From assembly GCF_011745625.1 (NCBI RefSeq), contig NW_027191481.1:186001-250000 (forward strand): DNA of 64,000 bases, written 5' to 3'. Positions 1 to 10,927 of this stretch are shown here, piece after piece; within the stretch, counting starts at the first letter, position 1; every line of letters starts with the position of its first letter. This DNA is from Cladosporium halotolerans. Lineage: Eukaryota. A program made the translations under genes and the position numbers. A model generated the notes under the pieces. It was not told the DNA's origin. It saw only the letters and a list, made by a program, of their open reading frames with translations, and searched no databases.

Positions 1-987
1 CGACTCGACTAGCCATCTCGAACCTTCGCGCTCGGCCTAGCCCAGCCATCGCGGTCTCACTTCGTGGTCACGCGCCGCTGTGGCCGGATGATGTGCTCTC
101 GGAGCCTAGCGAGATATCGAAAGGACACGTGGTGTGACAGGAAAGCTTGGGAGCTGCAGGTACACTTTCGTGCGAACCCTCAATCCACAACGGTGACGCC
201 ATACGTCAGCTTCCGCACGGCAGAGAACGAGACGGGCGGCCCTGATGGGTCTCAAACTTTGGTCGAGTCCTAATGCTATCGTGGAATCGCTCCTGTAGTT
301 TGGAACCTTTCGAGGTAATCTTACTTGACATGATGCCTTCGCGTGTTTCTGTAGCATGCGTTGCTCTGCATGAGAACACTTTCCGTCGCAAATCTCACTG
401 TTTGTTCTGATTGAGAGTCCTAATTGTTTCGCTGCTGGCCTGAGGTCCAGTGGTTGAATGGCATCGATGAGAGGCAGTGGGGCGGACGCGCGCTACAGTA
501 TTTGTCAGATAATCTCAACCAAGCGAGATCAGCAGCATTACTGAGGGTACCCTCCTCCTGCGTACGACTGCTTGTGCCGTTTATCAAGGCTACGTACGTT
601 CATCCACCATGACTTGCGCCAAGGGAATAATTCCACCAGCGGGTAGAGTCAAGGTGTAGATCACCGCTCCAAGGCGATCTCGCAAGATAGTTGCTGTGCA
701 TGGCGCGAGGGCAACGTTCCAGACCTTTCGACTTGTTGGCGGATGTTGCTCTCGTTCCAATCGTATTGACTGTGGTCGTCCACAATGCTTGTGAGTATGT
801 GGATATGTCGAAACCAGTTGTTGGGAACCATTGATACAGCTGAGAGGACATTTTCCCATGCGCACAGCTATTCGTCTATCTCGCAGTGGAGACAACATGG
901 ACTTCTCCGTACGGAACGCCCACTGGCCGAAATTCATACTTCAATTCCATCACTCCATCTCCCATGTCACGAAATCTTCGTCGCATC

Positions 988-1647
988 CTACAACTTCGCC
1001 TCCCCATTGATCACATCCTTCAGCAACTTCAGCCCCTCCACCGCAAATTGCACCATGTTCGCCACTCTATCGCCACCCCACCCCGTCTTCACCTCCCTCA
1101 CAAAAGTCCCCCTCTCGCAATCCACCGCCAGCGCAACATATCCGGGTGTGCGATTCGGCGTGTTCCCACCCGTAGGTCCCGCCGTCCCGCTCTCAGCAAG
1201 CGTGTACGTGCTCTTCAGATCTTTCCGTACGTGCTGGGCCAGCCCGGACACGATGTCCGTTGTCGGGCCCGTGTAAGATGCGATACTCTCCTGCGTCCAA
1301 CCAGCGTAGGCGATGCGGGATGGCAGGGTGTAGAGCGTCAGGCCGCCGGCGTAGATTTTGGAGGCGCCCGGGCCGGAGAGGAGGGAGCTGCTGATGAGGC
1401 CACCGGCGGCGGTTTCGGCGACGGCGATTGTTTCGTTGCGGGACTTCAGTAGGGTGGTGACTTCTTCTAGGATAGGCTGGAGGGCGGAGGGAGGGAAGTC
1501 GCTGGTGGTTGATACGGACATCTTCGCGATAAGACGGGTTTTTGGTGATTTTGATTGGAATGAGGATGCACTGAGGGTAGGAGGAAGTCCTTGAGTTGTG
1601 AAATTTGCCAAAAGTGATGATCTGGGACGCTGGAATAGACGAAGCAT
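988..1647 (-). CDS. CinA C-terminal domain / PncC (NMN deamidase)-like protein
   Basis: Motifs TIAVAETAAGG, GGLTLY and ESGTAGPTG match the CinA/PncC family. In-frame ATGs at 1647 and 1521. Ends in AKL. Confidence 0.85.
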   Translation of the reverse strand: MLRLFQRPRSSLLANFTTQGLPPTLSASSFQSKSPKTRLIAKMSVSTTSDFPPSALQPILEEVTTLLKSRNETIAVAETAAGGLISSSLLSGPGASKIYAGGLTLYTLPSRIAYAGWTQESIASYTGPTTDIVSGLAQHVRKDLKSTYTLAESGTAGPTGGNTPNRTPGYVALAVDCERGTFVREVKTGWGGDRVANMVQFAVEGLKLLKDVINGEAKL

Positions 1648-1933
1648 GAATATAATCCTAAAATTTCGATGTGAGCTACTACGCGTATAGGGTATATAGA
1701 AGACGACCCGCGCTGCTGTGATTATCAATCAATGTTGACGATTACATTGATGTTCGCAGCACATCGTGCCGTCACCTGGTCGGCGAGCGGAGTCGTACGC
1801 GGGGCTTATCGCCGCGCTAAACGCGCGATAATGCACGATAAAGCGGCCCGCAACCGACAGGCCGAGAAGCCGACGACTTTTTGAGATCTCCCAGAAAATC
1901 CGCCCTAGTTCTCGACATGGACTATCTCTCGCC

Positions 1934-3334
1934 ATGGTACGTCTCGCCCTGTGTCGCGTAAGAAGACGATGTCGCAGATACTAACAGCTCCTGTAGAAAA
2001 TCAAGGCGCTCACCCGCTCTGCATCCTCCGCCCAGGCGCCCGGCAGCGATGTCGCCCGCACGCCGCGCAACCTCGATCCCGCTCTGCATCCTTTTGAGAG
2101 GGCGCGAGAGTACACGCGCGCGCTGAACGCCACGAAGTTGGAGCGCATGTTTGCGCAGCCCTTCGTTGCTGATCTGGGACGAGGGCATGTGGATGGTGTT
2201 TACACGATTGCTAAGGACCCCAAGTCGCTGGAGAGGTTCGCGAGTGGAAGTGGTGATGGTGTTGTGAAGGTTTGGGATCTGCCCAGTCAAGAGGAGGTAT
2301 GGCAGGGTCAGGCACATTCGAATATTGTCAAGGGCGTGTGTTGGACGCAGGACCAGAAGCTGCTTTCTTGCGGTACGGACAGGACGGTCAAGCTCTTTGA
2401 CCCGTACAATACGCCTTCGAAGAGCGCGCCGCTGGCTACTTGGTTGGGAGATTTCGGATTTTCTGCCATCTCTCGCCATCGTAAGGAGCCTTCTTTTGCG
2501 GTGTCTTCTTCTGGAATCTCCATCTACGACTTGAACCGCCCGAACTCAGCCCCGACACAGAGCATAGCCTGGCCTACAAACGTCGACACGATCACATCTC
2601 TTGCGTTCAACCCGACCGAGACATCATTACTTGCCTCAACAGGCTCAGACCGCTCGCTTGTTCTCTACGACCTCCGCACCAACAGCCCTCTCCACCGCTC
2701 TGTCATGTCATTATCCTCAAACGCAGTCTGCTGGAACCCCATGGAAGCCTTCAACTTCGCCGTGGCCAACGAGGACCACAACATCTACATCTTTGACTCG
2801 CGTAACCTCTCGCGCGCACTCAACGTCCTCAAAGACCACGTCAGCGCCGTCATGGACGTCGACTTCTCCCCGACCGGCGAAGAGCTCGTCTCCGCCTCCT
2901 ACGACCGCAGCATCCGCCTCTGGAAGCGCAACCAAGGCCACAGCCGCGACATCTACCACACAAAGCGCATGCAGCGCGTCTTCTCCTGCGCCTGGACGCC
3001 CGACAACAACTACGTGCTCTCGGGCTCGGACGACGGCAACGTGCGCCTGTGGCGCGCCAACGCATCCGCGCGCCAGGGCGTCGCGTCCGCCGCGCAGCGC
3101 CAGAAGCAGGAGTACGACGAGGCGCTCAAGGAGCGCTACAAGCACATGCCGGAGATTCGCCGCATCGCTCGCCACCGCCACGTGCCCAAGCAGGTCAAAA
3201 AGGCCGGCGAGATCAAGGGCGAGGAGCTCAAGGCCATCAAGCGCCGCGAGGAGAACGAGCGCAAGCACTCGCGCAAGGGCCAGAAGAAGCGCCGCAGCGA
3301 GAGGGAGAAGATGGTGCTTGCTACGGAGCAGTGA
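1934..3334 (+). CDS. SOF1: U3 snoRNP-associated WD40 protein Sof1 (DCAF13)
   Basis: Exons 1934-1936 (ATG only) and 1997-3334, intron GTACGT..CTAAC..TAG. Splices to MKIKALTR..RNLDPALHPFERAREYTRALNATKLERMFAQPF, then WD40 repeats and the Sof1 C-terminus (IYHTKRMQRVF, EIRRIARHRHVPK). Confidence 0.95.
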
Positions 3335-5165
3335 GGAGGCTATTTGCTCATCTACGTTGGCTTGGCATTTACGTGAGCGCTTGTCAGCGCAGTTTGCATC
3401 CGTGTGCTTCTCGACTTGCCAGAGATCACACGCGGCGTTTTCGGGGGCGCTTGAGGGCTTTTCTGGGCGGCGAAACATGGCGTTTGATGGCCGTTAAAGA
3501 GGTAGCGAAACTCGGCCTGTCACATTTGCAGGCGTTCATAAGTAGTGATAATTTTAGAAGCAAGCGTGGCGAAACAAACTAAATCGAAAAGACCACTCTT
3601 CCCAAATAGGAAATGACACAAAACGCCGTTGCGAGTGTTGACGGCAGCCTTCGATATAAGGCAAGCAGGTACTTATCGTTTGTCTCAGTCGCTCAGCAGG
3701 CCGAATCATACACACGCCTAGCTCTATGGGGTGGATCCGAGCCGTGACGAGCAGCCCTCCATTTTGTTGAAGCTACGGCAAGTGGTTCTGTTATCGCATG
3801 GCTGAAGGTGGGGCAACTGGATGCGATCTTGACTTCCGCCGGGGGCCTTCCATGTTCTTACCGTCCTTCTCAGCCACTCAGCGTGACAGATCACACCCCG
3901 GTTCGCCCGGCCGAGGAGCGGTTTACCGGAGTGTGGACGGTTCTCCATGCCATCGAACATCAATTGACAGTCGGTCGGTCAGCATGTAATAGCAGCTTAA
4001 TTTGATTGGATATCGCTTCTCCTTCCGCCTCTCGGTCGGTGTAACCGGACATTAAGGCCTCGTATCGAGACGAGGCTGTTGGCAAGGCGATTGGACTATG
4101 AGGGAAGGTGGTGGGAGGTGAGACGGGATGTCGTTGCGTGTGAATGTGAAGGTGGTGCGGGATCACCGTTGCGCAAGGTGTAGTGCTGCGCACACATGCC
4201 GTCCCTTGCTTCGTTGCCGCGGCGCGGCGAGGACAATGCTGCATTGTGTGCCGGGGTGAAATGTGTCGTACGGGGCGGACAGACGGTTGGCGGTTCTCCA
4301 GTTGTTTGAAAAGAGTGACAGTATTGAATCAAGCATTTTTACGTGATGGAATCACATATTCGTCTTTACGTATTGGTTTCCCAGGGACCAAGGCCGGCAA
4401 TACCGTTGCGATTTCCTCCGGCGGACCTGCATATGCTGTACGACGATACTGCAGCTCACCGACCCGTGCGGCGGGTAGCGGCTTGGAGAAGTTACGGTGG
4501 CTTCCCAGGGTAGCTCGGACGGGATGCATGGGTACCTTATGTGTGTGCGCGCTCGAGCATTGGAGTCGCACGGAGTTGCCGTGGCACGGCGGTGGGTGTG
4601 TAAGGCGTGGAATCAATGTTGTGGCGCGAGGCGAGCGGACTCGAGCACGCTGTAGCTTGCGAGGGGGAATGCCGTGACCTTGACCTGGCTGCCATCAGGC
4701 GGTGAGGGTCTTTGCCTGACTATACTTCCTGTTTGGTCGTTGCGTGAGGTCGGATGAAGTGCGTGCTGCGCGTGCGTGATTGGCCGTCGCCAAGCGTGCG
4801 TGTTGACTTCGCCGCCCGGCCTGCGCTGCACCACCCTCATGCATCGAACGTCGTCGGGCCAGCAACTCGCCATCTCTCGGTCACCACGCCTCTGTTTGTT
4901 ACCGTAAATAGCTGATCTGGCAGGTCTATTCCCAGTACCTCTCCCCAAGACGCCATGGGACCCGGCACCTCCCATGTCGGATCCCATGGTGAAGCCACCA
5001 CCACATGTCTCGCACGCTACTACACGAGGGCGCCGGGCTATGGTGTGGGCCGTTTGTACGCCGCCATGCGAGCACCCTATGTGCCTCCGTAAGCAGGCGA
5101 TCAGTAAGTCCTCATGTACCTCTGCCATATTCATCAGATCGTCCGGGAGGGCGCATTGCGCGTGT

Positions 5166-5192
5166 TGCTGCTGCTGCTGCTGCTGCTGCTGC
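5166..5192. repeat. (TGC)9 trinucleotide microsatellite
   Basis: Nine perfect TGC units in the 2.4 kb region upstream of the tyrosinase gene. Confidence 0.95.
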
Positions 5193-5725
5193 GCACTGTC
5201 CGGCCGTTCATCCATTCCCCTGCCAGCCCTCGCCCTGCATCCGCCGCCTCCACCGCATCTCACTTCAACCTCGCCTCAGCCCTGCAACCCTGCCTGCGTG
5301 TCGGCAGGGTGACATCAACCCGCTGCCTTTTATGTATTCGCCCGCCCTCGCCGTCGCCCATTCTCCCTGCAGCACGATCTCTCGCTCCATTCCTCCCAGC
5401 GTGCGCTTGAGTCGCGCCTGCCGCCGTTCGCTCCTTCCTTGATTGCAAGCCTTTCGGCAGCCGGCTACCCGCGCAGCTGCCTCACCGTTGCCTCGAGTGA
5501 CAGACGCCGCGTGGCGGGTGGCCCGTCGCTGCGTTTGCGACAATCGCCTTCGCCGACCCATCCTACCGACCTCATTCTTCCGCCCGCCACACTCGCGACT
5601 TGAGTATCCCTACTCCTCTGTAGCCGCCGAACGACTTCGCAGCCTGGCGCACGTCGGACGACCCTTTTCCTGCACAGTCGCTCCCGCTTGGGTCGCCCGA
5701 GATCGACTGTTCACCTTGCGCGGCC

Positions 5726-7919
5726 ATGCTCTCGCCGGTGGTCTTCCTGCGCCTTTTGGCGTGTATCTCTTTCATAGGCTTCGCTGCCACCGTCGCCGTT
5801 CCTCCTCTGCTCAACCATCAGATCGAAGAGCTTCCTCAGTATGGTGACTCTGAGCCATTGCTCGAGCGTCGTCAGACCAACAGCTCTGGTTTCACCGTTG
5901 TCACTGGCATTAAGGGAACCAGTCCGCAGCCCAGACTAGAGATTCGCGAGCTGCAGAAGAATTCCGATCAATGGAACATCTATCTGCTTGGCATGAACCG
6001 CTTCATGCGCACGAACGAGAGCGAAAAGCTGTCCTACTACAGAATTGCAGGTGAGTCGCCACAGCCACCTTTGTAGTATGAGACCTTTCTGACAGAAAGA
6101 AGGAATTCATGGGAGACCTTACACGCCATGGGATGGAGTCGATGCGGCACCGGGTGTCACCGCACCGGGCTATTGCCTCCATCTATCACAGCTGTTCCTT
6201 CCTTGGCACCGCCCCTACCTTGCGCTCTACGAGGTTTGTCTATCCCTCTCGCCACCCATCTTCGAACTTTCTCCTGACATCAAAGACAGCAAATCCTGTA
6301 CTCGCACATTGTCGCCGCTGTCAATGAATTCCCATCCGGACCGGTTCGCACCCGCTACGCTCAGGCCGCGCTCTCATGGCGTCACCCGTACTGGGACTGG
6401 GCCGCTGCTCCTCCTAACGGAGAGGGTCTGATGCCTAAGAGTATGAGGACGCCTTTCGTGAAAGTCACTATGCCCAATGGGACCAACACCATTCCGAACC
6501 CACTGTACGCGTACAAGTTTCACCCGGTCTACAAGGAGGACTTCTACTATACTCCGGTAAGTGAGATACTTTCCGAGCTGATATCAACTGCTGTAGCTGA
6601 TCTTGATCTTTAGTGGGCCGATTGGAATTCTACTTTGCGCGCTCCCAGCAGCGGCAATCTCGACGCCCATAGCCTGGACGACTCGATTGGCCCGATCCTG
6701 GACAACAGCCGAATCTCTTTCCGAGATCGACTGTACAACCTATTCACCTTCTACAGCAACTACAGCGAGTTCAGCACGGAATCGTACGCGTTCGGGACAG
6801 CATTTAGAAACGCTGACAGTCTCGAGTCGATCCACGATGTCATCCACGGTGTGACCGGCAGCGGCGGACACATGACTTACCTAGACTATTCGGCCTACGA
6901 CCCGCTCTTCTGGCTTCACCATATGATGGTGGATCGAGCATTCGCTTTGTGGCAGGCTCTGAACCCAGACAGCTATGTCAAACCAACGCAGGCTTTTCAG
7001 GACTCTTACACCATTGCGAAGGGAACGACGCTCAATGGGGATACACGTAGGTCTCAGCTGACGGTTGACCGGATTTAAGAAGACATACTGACTAAGTTTC
7101 AGCTCTTGATCCATTCCACCGTACTGCTAAGGGCGACAGGTGGACAGCAAATTCGGCGCGCTCCACCCGCACGTTCGGTTACACATACCCTGAACTGGTC
7201 AACAACGCAAACGCCTCCGCTGTGAAGGCCGCAATCAACAAACTTTACGGCAGCAACACTGGCAACGAAAGCCTTCTATCAAAGCGGTTTTTCGACTTCG
7301 GTGACTCAGAGTCTACGTTATCAGAGCGCGATGATGGTCCCAAGCGCCCGCCTCCCAAGCGTCGGGAGTACATTGCCAACATCGTCAGCGACAAGTATAG
7401 CTGCAATGGCTCATACGCAGTGTACATCTTCCTCGGGAACTTCGACGGCAATAACGCCAAAAGCTGGCCTACATCGTCGAATCTGGTCGGGACACACGCT
7501 GTGTTCGCAATGATTCCACAAGAAGCAGAAAAACATGGGCGGAACGTCAAACGCGAGGCTCTTTCGGGAGTCCAAGTGACGGGCACGATGCCTTTGACTA
7601 ATGCTTTGCTGGAAAAAGCGAAGGCTGGCGAGATGCGTTCCATGCAGCCTGAGCATGTGGAGGAGTATATGGCCAACAATCTGCAATACAGGGTCGCAAG
7701 GGTGAGTAGACTTCGCACTACTGATCTGAAATCATACTGACTAATGTTCATCAGTTCGACGGCACAGAGGTCCCTCTCGCAGATGTGCCCAGCCTCTCGG
7801 TCAACGTGGTGGGCGCAGACGTCACGCCTTCAACGAAAGACGACCAGTTCCCACGCTGGGCCAACTTCCAGTCCTTGAGACACGTTACCGAAGGCATCGA
7901 CGGCAGATGCGCTCGTTAA
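5726..7919 (+). CDS. Secreted tyrosinase (type-3 di-copper protein) with C-terminal domain
   Basis: Exons 5726-6050, 6103-6233, 6290-6556, 6614-7046, 7103-7701, 7755-7919. Signal peptide, CuA (GIHG, YCLH, FLPWHRPY), PYWDW, CuB (ESIHDVIH, DPLFWLHH). Confidence 0.92.
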
Positions 7920-8243
7920 GTCCTCTTCATCAGCACTTTCACAGCGAACAGGTTGCATATAGGCGTCTTTGGGAACGAGTCGAACACGGGCGAGAATGCA
8001 TGAGGATTTTCGGCACGGCCGGTTGCAATAGCAAATGTGCATGACCAAGGGAAAGGAGAGAATGCTTCTTCTGGTAGCGGATGGCATGTTGATGGTGGTC
8101 TGTATGGTTCAAGTCGGCTAATAGCGTTTCCGCTGAACACCAAATAATACTCTAGTCTCCCGTCAAAATCGAAGAAAAGCTCACAGTTTCCTGCTTCCAG
8201 ACCTCCTACCCTTCCCTCTACCAACCTCAAACACAACAGTCAG

Positions 8244-9215
8244 TCAATCATGCAAATCCCTCTCCAAAGTCACCTCCGGCCTATCAATCCGATAAATCAC
8301 CTTCGCCGTATTAAAATACCCCTCATACTCGATCTCCTCCTCCCCGCCCTCAGCATCAAGATCGTAATGATAATGCCCGCCCCTGTTGCCCCCGTCCGCA
8401 CTAAAACAATGCGTATGCTCCATCCGCAACCCCATCTCCTTCCCAGGATCCGCACTGTGCAGCACGGACAAACACACCACCGGCGCACCGAACTCATGGT
8501 ACGTCAGCCATGCGTTCAGCTGCGCGGGCGACTCGAAGGACGCGGAGGGGAAGTCTGGCATCACGTGGTAGTTGGCGCGGCCGCGCTTGATCACGAGCGC
8601 TCCGCCGAGGCTTACGGGCCGGGCATCGCCGTAGGCAGAGTGGAGAGCGTGCCGGATGCACTCTGTGAAGCTCTTTTGCGAACCGATGCGGCCCCGCGCG
8701 GTTATCTTGAGAACGTCGCCTGGGAGGCCGGAGCTGCCGAAGAGGTTCATCATCAGCGCGCAGTCGGTGCTGGGACACTTTTCCACGACGACGGAGCCGT
8801 CGGCGCGGTTGACCGCCGCGTAGTGCGTTTGGTTGTCGATGTTCTCGAACCCGTTTTCCCAGGACAGGTTGGGCGCGAGCTCGGCGTTGGTTCCCAAGTG
8901 GTGGAAGGGGCCGGCGCCGGCGCCGATGAGGCTGCCGCGCGAGGGGGACATTTCCATCGCGCGGGCGAGCGCGGGCAGGGAGTACTTGCAGGTGAGCTTG
9001 GGGACGGGGAAGAGGTTGGGTTGGCCGCCGATGTCTGCGGCGCGCTCGCTGCCGGAGAGGCCTTGGGTGGCGAGGTGGAAGGGGGGTTGCCGGAGGTCAG
9101 GGCAGGGGGTGACGGTGATTGTGGCGGAGGTGTAGTTTGCGCTGAGGGCGGGTTGGAGGGTTTTGGCGAGGTCGGCGAGGGAGGGTGGATTGAGAGGGTA
9201 GGTCTTTGTTTCCAT
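8244..9215 (-). CDS. DUF1907 / C11orf54 (PTD012) homolog, zinc-binding
   Basis: CPDLRQPPF, IGAGAGPF, HVMPDF, and the metal-site region LRMEHTHCF..GGHYHYD..IEYEGYF. ATG at 9215. Confidence 0.88.
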   Translation of the reverse strand: METKTYPLNPPSLADLAKTLQPALSANYTSATITVTPCPDLRQPPFHLATQGLSGSERAADIGGQPNLFPVPKLTCKYSLPALARAMEMSPSRGSLIGAGAGPFHHLGTNAELAPNLSWENGFENIDNQTHYAAVNRADGSVVVEKCPSTDCALMMNLFGSSGLPGDVLKITARGRIGSQKSFTECIRHALHSAYGDARPVSLGGALVIKRGRANYHVMPDFPSASFESPAQLNAWLTYHEFGAPVVCLSVLHSADPGKEMGLRMEHTHCFSADGGNRGGHYHYDLDAEGGEEEIEYEGYFNTAKVIYRIDRPEVTLERDLHD

Positions 9216-9897
9216 TGTTGGGCTGTAAGATATGAGTGTCGATTTACAATGCGCGGCGATTGGTTGCTGTTGGAAATGTATTCTGAATGTAGTCAGGCGT
9301 CGACGGAACGGATAACGGATTAAAAATTGGCTGAGGATGTTCAAAGATACGAACGGTTCTCGACTACCCGGATACGGGATTGTTTTATGCATTAGTATAT
9401 ATATTTCATGTTGCAATTGCACGTGAGGTCGGTGGAGTGTCGTGTTGAACGCGATCAACAAAGCCGAGGGAACCTCGTGCGGAGATTTGGGTTCACTGCT
9501 CTTGAAAGTTGGAGTTGATCACCAAGGATGCGGACAAACTCGCCACCGATATCGCAGTCGTCGGTGACGGGAATATCGTACGTATTAATATCGTGTTTAT
9601 GCCGTTCAAATAGAGTGAAAACTTCAGTGATACTTCCCCAAGTCCAATAACGCTCGTCAGAGTTCCGTCAATTACTTTGGCATACGACGACGACGATCAT
9701 CAGAATTATTCCGACCCTACGGACAACAAGACACCATAGGCTTCCAGAGGTCGATTTCATAACAATATCAATAGGACTAAAAGGCGTCTCATCCGGTAAT
9801 GCATCGGCCAGTTGAAAAATATACGTCGAAAGCGACAACTCCATTAAACACCAACACGCCACGACCTTTCGAAGATCAACACCCTTCCACTGCCACC

Positions 9898-10788
9898 ATG
9901 TCAGCATCAACAACCACACCCCAAGAGCCACCCACTGCCCCCGTCTTCCCAACCTACCCCGACCTCAAAAACCGCGTCGCCCTCATAACAGGCATCGGCC
10001 AAGTCGGCTCACCCACCAGCCACACCTGGGGCAACGGAGCGGCCACCGCACGCCTTCTCGCCCACAACGGCGTCAATATCATCGGCTGCGACCTGCACCT
10101 CTCCGCCGCCGAACGCACTCGCGACCGACTGGTAGCCGAGTTCCCACACGCCGACATCCGCGTCCTCGCCGCGGACGTGACCAAAACCGCCGACGTGCGC
10201 GCCCTCGTCGCCTTCGCCGCCGAATCCCTTGGCAACCGCATCGACATCCTCGTCAACAACGTCGGCATGACCGCCCCCGGCTCGCCGAGCAGCATGTCCG
10301 AGGACACCTGGACCGCGCAGATCGACCTGAACCTGCACTCCGTCTACCGGCTGTGCAACGCCGTGCTGCCCGTCATGGAAGCGCAGGGCGGCGGCGGGAG
10401 CATTGTCAACAACGCCTCCATCACGGCGCTGCGATACATCGGCAAGCCGCAGATTGCGTACGCGAGCGCGAAGGCGGCGGTGCTGCAGTTTACGCGCGCG
10501 ACGGGCGCGATGTATGCTGCGAAGCAGATCAGGTGCAATGCTGTCGTGCCGGGGCTGATGTATACGCCGCTGGTGGAGAATCTGGCCGAGAGCGAGAGAG
10601 CGGAGGACAAGGAGGTTGCGGGGAGGATTATGGCGCATAATGTGCCGATGGGGTGGATGGGCCGCGGGGAGGATGTCGCGAATGCGGTTGTTTGGCTGGC
10701 GAGTGGCGCGAGTCGGTATGTGACTTCTCAGACAATTGTGGTTGATGGAGGGATTACGGAAAGTACAGGAACAGGGTTTGGGGTGTAG
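9898..10788 (+). CDS. Short-chain dehydrogenase/reductase (classical SDR)
   Basis: VALITG..GNG (extended glycine motif), DILVNNVG, IVNNAS, catalytic YASAK, IRCNAVVPG, VVDGG. Confidence 0.92.
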   Translation: MSASTTTPQEPPTAPVFPTYPDLKNRVALITGIGQVGSPTSHTWGNGAATARLLAHNGVNIIGCDLHLSAAERTRDRLVAEFPHADIRVLAADVTKTADVRALVAFAAESLGNRIDILVNNVGMTAPGSPSSMSEDTWTAQIDLNLHSVYRLCNAVLPVMEAQGGGGSIVNNASITALRYIGKPQIAYASAKAAVLQFTRATGAMYAAKQIRCNAVVPGLMYTPLVENLAESERAEDKEVAGRIMAHNVPMGWMGRGEDVANAVVWLASGASRYVTSQTIVVDGGITESTGTGFGV

Positions 10789-10927
10789 GGTTGATTGTTG
10801 GGAAGTCTTGCGGGTGGGAGGCGGAGTCGTAGGACGTGAGGGTCTTCGATTTCGTGAAGCTTGTAGCTCTATCTCCGGAACGCCGCGCTTGCATCGAACC
10901 AAGACAACAAGAAAATGAGGCCCAGGT

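Noticed and set aside
2601..3497. Alternative-frame ORFs overlapping SOF1, MSH2 and adenylate cyclase
   Set aside because: Ser/Thr/Arg-rich translations typical of off-frame reading of GC-rich coding DNA.
4613..5263. 216-aa minus-strand ORF with poly-Gln
   Set aside because: The poly-Q arises from the (TGC)9 microsatellite and the rest lacks gene-like composition.
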